A stretch of 47,277 bases of DNA from positions 63,371,003 to 63,418,279 of the forward strand of contig NC_068983.1 of assembly GCF_001194135.2 (NCBI RefSeq). Direction: 5' to 3'. This document shows positions 1 to 12,304 of the stretch, in pieces. The position numbers and the translations under genes are program-made. Within the stretch, counting starts at the first letter, position 1, and every line of letters starts with the position of its first letter. Below the pieces are notes generated by a model. That model had not been told where the DNA came from. It made no database searches and saw only the letters and a program-made list of their open reading frames with translations. This DNA comes from Octopus bimaculoides (lineage: Eukaryota).

Positions 1-168
1 TATTCCTGTCTCCACATGGGTACCCAGAAGCAACCCGGAAGTATTCCCGCTTCTTTGATGAAGATATATACAGATAAACTTCATTCCCCTTACTCTGTCG
101 GATACGTAGGGTGTTCGTTTTTGGTGAGGTGAGAATTCTGTTTATTTATATATATTTTTGGGACAATA

Positions 169-228
169 CTGTGCTGATGAACGAAATCTAGATTCATTCT
201 AGTAATTGCGAAATCGGCCGATACACAG
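169..228 (+). ncRNA. Type I hammerhead ribozyme-like motif, Penelope-type with palindromic stem III
   Basis: Stem I CTGTG(169-173)/CACAG(224-228); core CTGATGA(174-180) and GAAA(210-213); imperfect stem II containing CTAGA/TCTAG; perfect palindrome ATCGGCCGAT(213-222); cleavage triplet ATA(221-223). There are two extra nucleotides (AC) after the core. Confidence 0.7.
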
Positions 229-424
229 TTAAGTTTATTTAAAAGAAAGTTGGTCGTCTTTTGTTGGTTGTTTTTCCTCGCATTAGGTACTAAATGTGGT
301 TATTTTGAGAAGTCCACTGTGTGGCGTTATTATTTTCTGTAATAATGCCCTTTATATAAATATATATATATCTGTTTGTGTGTGTAAGTATATATGTATA
401 AATATATATATAAGAATATATGCA

Positions 425-649
425 TATTTGACCAATTCATGCAAATATGAAAACACTTTAATAAAATTTTGAAAGTGATGATGGTTATGATGAAAATGAT
501 GTTCTAGTTTGAATCAACATACATACATACATACATACATACACATATATGTATGTATATTGATTAAAACTAGAACATCATTTTCATCATCATCACTTTC
601 AAAATTTTGTCATAAAAGTGTTTCCATACTTGTATGAATTGGTCAAATA
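425..649. mobile_element. Foldback/MITE-like element with ~100-bp arms and an (ATAC)n microsatellite centre
   Basis: The left arm tatttgaccaattcatgcaaatatgaaaacac...gttctagtttgaatcaa is the reverse complement, with scattered mismatches and short indels, of ttgattaaaactagaac...gtgtttccatacttgtatgaattggtcaaata; TA at both ends. Confidence 0.8.
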
Positions 650-1644
650 CACACACACACACATGCATGTATAAATATATCAATATAAAGTATAGATATA
701 GCATAAGCAATTTTTTTTTTTGTATTATGATGTATAGCAAAAGAAGCACTTAGATCTATTCATTGCTATCTAAAAATACATTGAAAAAAAGCTTCATATA
801 TCCTCAAAACAATAAACAAATTCAAAAGTGACTTTGAACTTTGCTAGTGTAGGAAGTAAAAGTATATCAGTTGTAAAGATAACATCTGAAAAGCAAACCA
901 GTATGGAAGGATAAAAAAAGAACATCATGCAGAATGAAAATACTTATTTCCTGTACAGAAAATAATGTTTTATAGCATATCAACTTTCAAATATTCTTGA
1001 TTCTTGAGATTTTCTTAGCTTCTTAAGTGAATGTGGTCGTAATTACCATCTGGTACTCAAGACAAATCTTTTAAAGATGTGCATCATGGAGAGAGCCAAA
1101 AATTGTAAGGACTATACAAAATCTGGTATGTTAAATAGTTGGAAAGAAGTATTTTCTAAATGTGTCCATTTTAAGCGCTACTTACTGGAAAATTGGATCT
1201 CCCTGTTTGCTAGATAGGCCAGTTCGGGTCTGTAAGAGTTGTTTTTTCCTCTGGTTCAGAGGAAATAACCCGTCCACATTGACGTTATTTTGTTAAGTTG
1301 AATTTCTCATTTTTTGAGCATTTCTTCACATCCATGACATAGAAATTTTTTAATTTTTGTCTTTTTATATAGAGTCTGACGAGCTGTCCACAAAGCTTTG
1401 ACTTTGTGGATGTGAAACCTTAGGTAACTCTATGTTCAAGATAAAAAAGTTTTGTTGTAATAATTATTATTCTATTCTTTAGAGAGTGCTTCCTTCTGGT
1501 ATATGTTTTTTTATTAACTATCTATCTGCAACCTGGTTACAGAGCGTCTTATGAAGTACACTACATCTTCTACATTTGATAACTGTACTGATCCCTGTGC
1601 TTTTACATATTATCAGTTGCTACCTCAAGGATAACAAGGAACCT

Positions 1645-3620
1645 GCCAATTTAGGGTATTCTACCAAAAATATCCCTATACCTTCTAATGAAATCTACAC
1701 GTAAATGTTACTGGAGAAAATGATAGACTTTATAAGGCACATGAGATGGAAGGCATTCTTCTATGATCAAAGCACACCACCTCCTGAGGCCAATACATAC
1801 AGTATCAAGTCTAGGAACTTCCCACCTAGAATCAAAGAACTCGAGGCCTTCGAAGCAGACCTACTGGGCATAATACCCAGGCTGAAATTCCATAAGTCCT
1901 TTTCACCTTTTCAAAGCAAACTCAGTGAAGATATACAAAAAATAAGAAACTCTAACAGGTCCTTAATCTTCTTGGATAAAACTAAGCACTTATACATGAT
2001 ATATACATATGCTTACGATTGGCTTTTAAATGATTCAGTCACACAAAAATACAGACACACTTCCAATAATATTAAGTGTGAGGCTAAACAGATAGCAGCT
2101 AACCTAGGTATAGCAGACAGAGTAGAGAACTTGGCCAGGAGAAATGCTTTTACAACTATGAAAGATCACAAGCTGAATTTTGCCTCAAAGTCCAAATGCA
2201 GCTTGATCAACCTGGCCAAATCCGAGATTGGCCAGGCGAGTAAATATATACTGAGGAAGATTAAGGTTGACATAAGAAGACACATGAGCTTCCCTTTATG
2301 GTACAGCACCAATGAGGTAACCTCATGGTTTATTGCCAGCCAGGACAGAATAGGGCTAAATTTACACAGTTCAACATTGTCAACTTTTATCCATCTATTT
2401 CTAAAGAGTTATTGTTGAAGGCACTTTCTTTTGTCAAGGGCTTCACAGATACTAGTAATAGTGATGTTAGATTTATCATACATGCCAGGAAGACGGTGCA
2501 GTTCAACAAAGATTCAACTTGGATTAAGCAATATGACCACAAGGACTCCTTTGATGTGGCTATGAGAGCATATGACAGGGCCGATGTCTGTGATCTTATC
2601 GGACTGCACATCCTAGACATCTTAGGGAAGAGGTTTCCTTCGATCTTCTTCAGCCTCTACAGAGATGACTCCCTAGCCATCTCTAGAGGAGCCAATGGCC
2701 ACACATTAGATAGACTTAGAAAGAACCTAATTAGCACCTTAGGCTCAATGGGTCTCAAGATCACCATTGAGACTAATCTCACCACAATAGATTTCTTAGA
2801 TACTACTTTAGATCTGGACTCTGGTACATACAGACCCTGTCACAAGCCAAACAAGAGACTGTCTTATATTAGTACAGCCTCCTGCCACTACCCTAAAGCT
2901 TTGAAGAACTTAGTGAAAGTTGTAAGCAAGAGGATCTCGAATCTATCCTCAAGCCAAGCTATCTTCAACACCGCTGCCCCTACTACAATGAGGCACTGGC
3001 ATCGAGTGGGTTTAAGGACTGGATATCCTACATGTAGTTTGGCTTGCTCCACCCTTTTCGCTCAGTGTCAAGACTTGTGTGTGAAAGATTTTCCTTAGAT
3101 TGATAGCCAAACATTTCACACACACACACACATAAATACAGGCATTTAACAGACACAACCTAAGAGTCTCCTTTAGTTGTGCACCTAACATAAAAAAAAC
3201 ATTTTAACAAGTACCCACAATACAAGGGAGGAGGCAGGTTACTCTTGCAGGGTATATAATAACTGTCCAGTAGGATGCTAATGTGAGGCTGAAGGGGTCA
3301 GCTATGAGGCTAAAGTGATACATAGACCTGTTATCTGCAATAACAGTATTGAAACATCCAACAGCAGATTAACCAGATCTCATGCCAATACAATTGCTTC
3401 GCCCAGAGATAATGACCAGTCTGGGACCAGCATCACTGAAGATCCCGGTACTACTGTCACAGATAATGAACAATCCATGGACACAGATAGAGTGACCAAG
3501 TCTGAAACGTATGTTACCACCAGTACAATTGTCATGCCTGGAAATGATGACCAATCCAGGATCACTCAAGTAGAGAGTTATCATTTACGGAGACATGTGC
3601 GCGCCTGCACACCCACGTAC
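1645..3620 (+). mobile_element. Penelope-like retroelement, near full-length, degraded (RT plus N-terminal part of GIY-YIG)
   Basis: NLGYSTKNIPIPS...MRWKAFFY N-terminus; RT motifs FNIVNFYPSI, AMRAYDRADVCDLIGLHIL and LYRDDSL; thumb YISTASCHYP; WLAPPFSLSVKT; CPVGC*CEAEGVSYEAKV at ~3265-3317. Several frameshifts and stops. Confidence 0.9.
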
Positions 3621-3840
3621 ATGTCTTATTTGTTTCAGTCATTTGACTGCAGCCATGCTGGAGCACTACCTTTAGTCGAGCAAACTGACCCCAGGACTTA
3701 TTCTTTGTAAGCCTAGTACTTATTCTATCAGTCTCCTTTTCCAAACTGCTAAGTTACGAGGACATAAACACACCAACATCAGTTGTCAAGCGATGTTGTG
3801 GGGACAAACACAAACACATATACACGCACAAACATATATA
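3621..3840 (-). mobile_element. SINE 3' half (family also at 20600-20850 and 38890-39225)
   Basis: It is the reverse complement of the 20640-20850 copy (gcttgacaaccga...gataGAATAagtactaggcttacaaagaataagtcctggggtc...ctccagcatggc...gtcaaatgactgaaacaa). Confidence 0.85.
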
Positions 3841-3844
3841 TATA

Positions 3845-5118
3845 CACACACATCCAGGAAGTAAATAGACACCTTTAATTTTCAATATCTTTTATTTAAT
3901 ACCAAAGCGAACAATTGAAATGTAATCGATAGGTAGGACTACATACTTTAGTATTTAGTTGACATTCCCTTTGCAGTTTTTCATTCAGAAACTGTTTTTG
4001 GCATTGAACAGATGAGTTTTGTGATTGTGTCTTGTAGAATTTCTGACCTCTTTTCATGCAACAATTGAAACAATTCATCCTTAGAGTTTTTCATATAGCT
4101 CTATCTAGTATGACCCAAAGATTTTCAATTAGGTTTATGTCAGGACATTGGCTTATCCAAGGAAGCTTTTTGATCCCATTTTCAGTCAGCCATTGTTGAT
4201 TCTTTTTCACTGTGTGGCATGGAGTCCCATCTTCCATGAATAAAAACTCATTTTTCGTTATGTTATCGTGTGAATACATCAGAAGTAGGCCTTGCTTAAG
4301 TATTCAATGTATTTTTCAGAGTTTATGGTCCCAACACATTCAATCAGCTCACGACTATTGCTGGTGACAGCTCCCCATACCATTACAGAGATACCGCCAT
4401 GTTTCACAGTTGGTTGGAGTCGTTTCAAATCAAATTCTTGATTGGGAAGCCTCCAGACTCAAACATGTCCACTGTCTGAAGATGATGCAAATCTGGATTC
4501 ATCTGAGAAAATCACTCTATCCCAAAATGAACTGGATTTTTCTGACATCTCCTTAGCCCATTTCTTTCTTTTCAATTAATATCTTAATATTCTTTTCAGT
4601 TAATATCAATTAACTGGTTGACAGAGAGGTTTTCTTCTAGCTGCTCATCTATAATACCCAAGCTTATGCAGATATGTAACACACATTGTTGGACTAACTT
4701 CTAGCTGTTTTGCAATGTCAGAAGCCTTCGAACGGGGTTCATTTTCCACAAATCTCTTCAAACAGCAAAGATCCCTGCTGAAGGGCCCAGGTCGGCTGGG
4801 ACGAGAATCTGTTGATTCTTTTCCTTGGCTTTTGAATTGCACTATAATTCTATTAATAGTAGCAAGAGGAATTTTAAAATTTTCGCTGGCTAAGACCAGC
4901 CTCAGATTGCCCAACAATACGACCTCTTTGAAAATCTGTCAGTTCTGCTGAATTTTTTGTGCGTGGCATGGTTACTCATCGCAAATGTTTAATATAATGG
5001 CACCTGGAATGAAAAAGAATAATTACATTGTAAATTCTACACCACTGAACACATATTAAGACACTTAGATCAGAAATTTTGAAAATTAAAGGTGTCTGTT
5101 TACTTCCGGTATGTCTGC

Positions 5119-5120
<2 letters not shown>
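3845..5120 (-). mobile_element. Tc1-family DNA transposon (DD34E), both TIRs present, transposase decayed
   Basis: ~40-bp TIRs (ggaagtaaa[t/c]agacacctttaattttcaa at 3857-3885 and inverted at 5079-5107) with TA on both flanks. Minus-strand motifs: [30 protein letters not shown]...PDINLIENLW, with 34 residues between D and E. Stops and frameshifts present. Confidence 0.93.
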
Positions 5121-5163
<43 letters not shown>

Positions 5164-6020
5164 CATACTAGCAGAGATACCCAGCATTGCTCAGGATTAA
5201 AATGGCATAGTTTGTATATAATATATTATAGTTATGTTGAAACAAGTGATATGGGAAAGTGCAACGTTGACAACAAAACATTTGTGGAATAAATGATGGG
5301 CTAATTTGACTAAGCAACATACTATGCATCCGTTTGGAGTATTTCAGACCCTAACCTGTGGGGGTTAGGGTTATGTGATCTTTGAACACACCGAAAAGCT
5401 GTCAGTGGATATACTCTCTTTTGCAGCAGTCAGCGCTGTGTCTAACGTGACCCATCATCTGACATTTTAACACCTCTTTTGGGTTTGTTGTCCTACATTA
5501 CTCATAAAGTAAATCTGGAGGAACTGTTGTTGTTCATTTGTGGGTAACAGGGAACCAATGAGATGATACACTTTCTCTTGAACTTTGATGTCGGTGTAAA
5601 TTCATGTTTATCTATCTTCTTAGATGCACCAAATGATGTCATTTGCAGAGTTGTATTGTCTGATATTGTTCAGAAAATCCTTTGACTGGATGGAAGTGAC
5701 TTCTAGAAGATCCATAAGAGGTTGAGAAGGAGTTGATAGTGCTGGCAATGTTACCTGACTGCCTGAGCAGCACATACCATTTGTTTCATTTGAAACTTTT
5801 AAAGCTCTACAGAAAAGACAATTTGTGTTTAGCACACCAATTAGGACAGAGTTATTATTTTTATAAGAATGGGATGGTTCAGGAGTTGTGAAGAACAAAT
5901 TTGCACATAGTCTGTTTCTGAAAGCTATTCTACTGGACCTCTGTCTAATCACTAAAATATTGATTAAATGATTGCAGCATGGAAGGTGTTTATAAGCCAT
6001 TTAAAATAACACACAAAAGC

Positions 6021-6030
6021 NNNNNNNNNN
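6021..6030. other. Assembly gap (10 N)
   Basis: Run of N; ttgattaaatgatt(g)cagcat occurs on both sides. Confidence 1.
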
Positions 6031-6583
6031 TCTCCGTAATTGATTAAATGATTCAGCATTAAGTGCTGCAACATGCAGTTGCTGATCTTGAGAAAATCTT
6101 ATCTAACTTCTCTCTTCAGACTCTCACCTTCAGTTTTCGACATAACTACAGAGTTGTACCCACCCGACTTTGGAAGGTCATAACTTTCATAAAAATGAAT
6201 ATTTTAAAATGAAAATTTCTATGCATATATTATTTATTATGTAGATTCTGAATATACAAATATTTTCGGTGAAAGTGTTTCGGAATGGGGGTGGGGGACA
6301 ATTTTCGGAAATTCCAACAGAGTCCACTTAAATTCCTTTTAACTTCCAGGAAAATGAATATTTTTTCGTGAAATTTTCTACAAATATACCTTGATGTATG
6401 TACATTTCGAGCATGTAGGAATTTTGAAGGAAACAACTGCAGGTTATTTGTGAGAAGTGTTCCCCACTCGGTGGTGTTTCGGAGCAAGTCGTCCATAATT
6501 GTTTCATTTTTCTCTATTATATGCGTATGTGCATCCGTAGATTTCTAATGAAGTAATACGCTGCTTCTGTTCTCTTCTACTTC

Positions 6584-7250
6584 NNNNNNNNNNNNNNNNN
6601 NNNNNNNNNNNNNNNNNNNNNNNNNNNNNNNNNNNNNNNNNNNNNNNNNNNNNNNNNNNNNNNNNNNNNNNNNNNNNNNNNNNNNNNNNNNNNNNNNNNN
6701 NNNNNNNNNNNNNNNNNNNNNNNNNNNNNNNNNNNNNNNNNNNNNNNNNNNNNNNNNNNNNNNNNNNNNNNNNNNNNNNNNNNNNNNNNNNNNNNNNNNN
6801 NNNNNNNNNNNNNNNNNNNNNNNNNNNNNNNNNNNNNNNNNNNNNNNNNNNNNNNNNNNNNNNNNNNNNNNNNNNNNNNNNNNNNNNNNNNNNNNNNNNN
6901 NNNNNNNNNNNNNNNNNNNNNNNNNNNNNNNNNNNNNNNNNNNNNNNNNNNNNNNNNNNNNNNNNNNNNNNNNNNNNNNNNNNNNNNNNNNNNNNNNNNN
7001 NNNNNNNNNNNNNNNNNNNNNNNNNNNNNNNNNNNNNNNNNNNNNNNNNNNNNNNNNNNNNNNNNNNNNNNNNNNNNNNNNNNNNNNNNNNNNNNNNNNN
7101 NNNNNNNNNNNNNNNNNNNNNNNNNNNNNNNNNNNNNNNNNNNNNNNNNNNNNNNNNNNNNNNNNNNNNNNNNNNNNNNNNNNNNNNNNNNNNNNNNNNN
7201 NNNNNNNNNNNNNNNNNNNNNNNNNNNNNNNNNNNNNNNNNNNNNNNNNT
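6584..7250. other. Assembly gap (667 N) inside the Helitron N-terminal coding region
   Basis: Run of N. Confidence 1.
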
Positions 7251-8099
7251 CTGGAGAGATTACGTCTTTTCTTTGGTGGCATATTTTTTCCAATAATGTA
7301 AACAAAAATTATGAACATAGAAAGAAATTATACATTAATCCCTATTTTTGTAAGCAGTTGTATCAGTAAAAATTTATTTGATGAGAGCAGAAAATGAAAG
7401 AAGAGAAAGCGAAAAGAACAGAGAAAGAAAGTGAAAGATGTATGTATGTCTATATGAAATGGACATGTATGTGTGTGCTTGTGCATGTGTGTGTGAGAGA
7501 GAAAGAGGGTGCGAAAGAGAGATAGAGTGAGTGAGTGAAGGTGTGTGTCGTGAGGATTGATGTCTTTTAAGGTACACACACATATAGAAAGTGTGACGTC
7601 ATTGTATAAAATATTTACGATAGTTGATTTATGGAAAAGATAATGATAAATTTTTGAAATGCAAATAATTGAATGGAAATTAAGTTTAATTTGTAGCCAA
7701 AATAGTACTGAATTTTTTGATATCCCATACATCAAAATCTATAACTCAGTTTTGGAATGCGTAAGGAATATATATATAGTATAGTATCTCACATTACAAT
7801 AGAAACATAATACTGAAATAGTGTAAGAGATAAGAGATTGCTTTAGGCTTGCATTAGGCAAGAAGTTGGAAATTTTTTTGGCCCATGACACTGCATGGAC
7901 CTTGGCTTTTGTATTTGACGCCTGTTGCTTTAAGTATTTTATTTCGATCTTATGTATATATGTATGTATAAGCCAATGAGGGAAACCTCTACATGGTTGC
8001 TAGACCTGGTAGAAATAGCAGCCAAATCTCCCTAAAAACACCCTACTGTCTTAATCCGACAATTCTGCCTATATAGGAATTATTGGAATTATTTTGCGG

Positions 8100-8787
8100 C
8101 CTAATGTTTGAAGGTCGTGCTTCACCACCACATGCTAAGTCTTCCTGGGTCTACCTCTTCCACAGGTTCCCTCAACCGCTAGGGTGTGGCACTTTTTCAC
8201 ACAGGTATCTTCATCCATTCTCGCCACATGACCATACCAGCACAATCGTCTCTATTGCACACCACAACTGATGCTTCTTAGGTTCAACTTTTCTCTCAAG
8301 GTACTTACACTCTGTCGAGTATGCACACTGACATTACACATCAATCGGAGCATATTGGCTTCATTCCTTGCGAGCTTATGCATGTTCTCTGCAGTCACGG
8401 CCCATGTTTCACTGCCATGCAGCATGGCTGTTTGTACACATGCATCCTCCTCTCCACCTTACTCCTTGGATGCAGCACAAATCTACACGTCTCCGTTCAA
8501 GCATCTCACCAGACCTACCTTTCAGTGTGCCAACTCTGAAGGTGTGGGAGGTGTGGGCCTGTGAGACCCTGAGATGAGGGACAACAGTGTTATGTACCTG
8601 AAAAGAAAGCTTGCATTTGGCAGAATTCATAAACAAGCAATAGCCTACAACCGGCATACACTACACCATTTTTATGCACTATATGATCGATAAACCCTAG
8701 GTAAGGGTGGGGATGGAGTTAGGCTCTTAGAAGTGTTTGTGGGAAACAACCAAGCGTGACAGAGGATAGGAACCTCCGGTACAGGTG
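8100..8787 (-). mobile_element. RTE-clade LINE derivative: 5' region and APE start fused directly to the post-RT C-terminus
   Basis: GTLKGRSGEMLERRRVDLCCIQGVRWRG (APE N-terminus) joins at ~8446 to DACVQTAMLHGSETWAVT, which matches 36860-37205 of the longer RTE copy. Confidence 0.85.
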
Positions 8788-8882
8788 NNNNNNNNNNNNN
8801 NNNNNNNNNNNNNNNNNNNNNNNNNNNNNNNNNNNNNNNNNNNNNNNNNNNNNNNNNNNNNNNNNNNNNNNNNNNNNNNNNN
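8788..8882. other. Assembly gap (95 N)
   Basis: Run of N. Confidence 1.
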
Positions 8883-9251
8883 TACTGCGAGCCAGCAAGT
8901 TTAGATGAGAGCATTTTCTGCACTTGTATACTATAATCAGCCAAATTTAGACAAATTTGGAGAGAATGAATTAACAAAATGATAAACTTGAATAAAATAA
9001 ATAAAATGTGACGATTAATGGATATACATGAACTTAAGACAAACAAGGAAGACAAAGCTATGGGAACTTTGTTTACATGGTAAAGAAATAGAGAGATAAT
9101 AAAGAACGAATGGTGGGGTTTATGATTTACGCAGAAACAGGAATACATGAACAAGGTTGGAAAGACAAAATTTTTTATCTGAGCAACTTCTGAAATTCAT
9201 AGTCTATCAGCAAACACATGTATATGTATGTATATATATACATGTATATGT

Positions 9252-9388
<137 letters not shown>

Positions 9389-9452
9389 GCATATATATAC
9401 ATATATAAATATATATATATGTGTGTGTGTGTGTAATTATACATCTACCTTC

Positions 9453-10213
9453 TAGGAGATTTTAACGCTCATGTGGGATCTGACCATGACTCGTAGCCCA
9501 TTTGTGTCGGACATTTTGGTATTGGAAACATGAACGACAATGGTCAGAGACTGCTTGAATTTTGCACATATCATAACCTGTGCATCACCAGCACATTCTT
9601 TGCCAACAAGCCATCCCGCAAGGCATCTTGGAGACATCCAAGATCTCACCACTGGCATCAGTTGGATTTCATCATCACAAGAAGATCCTTTCTGAATCCT
9701 GTCCAGCTGACCTGTAGTTACCACAGTGCAGATTGTGACACAGATCATTCACTAATAAGAAGCAGGGTGAGGATTCTGCCTAAAAAAAGTTCATCACTCC
9801 AAGAAAGTGGGCCGACCATGCATTAACACGGTCAGAACCTCGGACCCTACATTGCTAAAATGTTTTGCTGGTTCTATCAAGGTTGTCCTCAGTAGCTGCC
9901 CATCCTCCTCAGCTGAAAGTAGGTGGAATTATAACAGGGAAGCTATGTATACCACATCAATAGATACTTTCGGTATGAGTGAAAAGCAAAACCCAGATTG
10001 GTTCAGTGCTGGGCTCTCAGAGCTGGAACCAGTTATCAAAGCAAAGCGACTGCTCTGATGCAATACAAGAGTGATTCTTCGACAAAGTCACTCGAAGAAC
10101 TCAGAAAGGCAAGAAATAAAACCCAACTGACTGCCAGACGCTGTGCAAATAGGTATTGGCAGGAAATCTGTCAGAGTATCCAGTCAGCAGCTGACAGTGG
10201 CGACACCCATGGG
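9453..10213 (+). mobile_element. RTE-clade (BovB-like) LINE fragment: APE C-terminal half and linker
   Basis: [51 protein letters not shown] and ARRCANRYWQEIC motifs; frameshifted. Confidence 0.88.
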
Positions 10214-12304
10214 ATTTATGTAATCAAAGATAACTTATATATACATGTGACTACTCCATCTTCTCAGATGGTTGATATATCTTCTTGTACTTCTTTGTTG
10301 TCAATAGCATATCTAACTTTTGGTGCTCTCAGATGATCGTTCAGTCCTGCTGCTTTGTAACTGTGTGCTTTTAGTTATTAAGGTCTGCACATATTACCAC
10401 TCATTCATTACCATAGGACTTTCAGTAGATGGAATGACAAATGAGGTCACCATAAAGAGACATCTATACATCATTGGAAAACGATGATAAATGCTTGTAC
10501 AACATGAGTACCACCCTCTGAGTTTCCATGATTAGTACCTAGAGACAGACTGATGCGAGATGATCAGTAATCACATGAAACTGCAGGTTTCAGAGAGTGT
10601 CCCCCTCCTAGAAAGATGCTATGATAACAGCTAAGAGAGGGAACTCCTAATACCTGGTGGTTATGATTTACATGCTAATTAACCCATAGTTAGGACCCTG
10701 GCAAGTGCTGCTACTCTAAACCAGAGTTAGACCTGGGAATAATTGTGGCTAAGAAGTAGTTCCACACTCCTCAAATCCTTGAAACTCCTGAACCAGGGCC
10801 CCACTAGCAAATGCAATTTAAGATCACACCCAGACATACATATTATCATCACAGTTATAGCTGCTTTTCCAGCCTTGCATAGGTCAGGTGAGTTCTCTCC
10901 AATACAGCATTCTGCCACTTATTGCTCTATTTCATCATCTCTTTCAAGTGGTTCAACTTCCCAAAATCGATTTGTGCCACACATGGTGCTGTGTTTCAAT
11001 GGCTAACCCAATTTCATTAGTACAGGAAAGGCTAGAGTACCTATAAAAGTCTTTTAAATACAGTTTTGAACTATTCTGTGTAATTACTTGAAGTAACCTA
11101 AAGATGTTAACTATATTTACACAAGTCCATTATGAAATAATTCTACTGAATTAGCATTTGAAACACAGCATCACATTTAACATAAACTGAAGATTATTTC
11201 AATACGAATATTCATACTTTCTACGGTTTATGTGTATATATATTTGCATCTATATAGATTACATTACCTTAATTCTACGTATAACAATTAATAATTACTG
11301 CTGATGTGATTCTATACAATTAGTAAACTCAAATTTATTAATCATTTGACTGCAATTTCAATCAGACATGCTGAATATGCAGCCAAAGTGAAACTTGAAG
11401 TCCTAGTCAGCTCTAATATGACTGAGAGAGAGTGTGTGTGTGTGCATGCATGCGTGCTTGTGTGTGTTAGTGTGTGTATGTGTGTACATGTGTGCAAAAA
11501 TGCATGTATGCATGCATGCATGTGTGCATGTGGTGCATGAGTGTAAAATTTTAATTTTGGTACGGATACTATAGAGCAGTTTTCTTTCTTTTTTTTGAAG
11601 TGTAACCAAACATAGGGTTATGATTTTAAGATGCTAACTCCAAAATTGAAATAGATATTTCTATGCAAAAAAGAGTGATAAATTGCATTCATCCTAATCA
11701 CTATAAATTGCTTCATTTTAGTAATTTTATATATGAGTAATTATAGTTACAAGTAATTCAATATTTGATTACAGTAAGAAAAGTTGATTTAGTACTGTAA
11801 AACAGGGAAGTGGCAGATGATTTTGCAAGATTTTCTCTGCAACTCAGCTAAATATTAAAAATGTATTTTATTGCTTGGAAATTGAATCTTCAACTGACAG
11901 TAACCAATTAATTCAACCATTAAAGCAATTTACTAAATCTATTTTTTGAGGCCATTTGTTTTCTGAAAATAAATATTAATTAACCTCACAAATATATTGT
12001 TGTTTTTAAATATAACTGTAACATAGTCTACCACAAGTTATTTAATAGTTTCACTTGTTACAGTTAAATTGCATTCACAGTTATAGGGAAAATAACTTTA
12101 AATTTTAAAGTATTATATAAAGATTATTTCATATGATGAATTAGTAATACATTTAAGAAAATAGTCAGGTTTATTACTTAGCAAATTTCAATGTCTATGG
12201 AAGTTCTGTACATGCCCGCCATTTCTCAATTTCTGATAATATTCCATAATACTTTATTTACCTGAAATGAAACTACCTGAACATTTTTGCAATTTAATGA
12301 GAAC

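Larger units (their letters stand above)
5168..7780 (-). mobile_element. Helitron, internally deleted: 5' part of RepHel plus canonical 3' end (5' boundary uncertain)
   Basis: MPPKKRRNLSR start at 7282; CLFCRALKVSNETNGMCCSGSQVTLP...FLNNIRQYNSA and KVQEKVYHLIGSLLP...FLQIYF motifs at ~5450-5860; 3' terminus CTAG followed by T (5168-5171) with a degenerate GC hairpin at 5180-5195. Confidence 0.85.

Noticed and set aside
6545-7318. 242- and 257-aa ORFs
   Set aside because: Their length comes from the N gap; only the short MPPKKRRNLSR start is informative.
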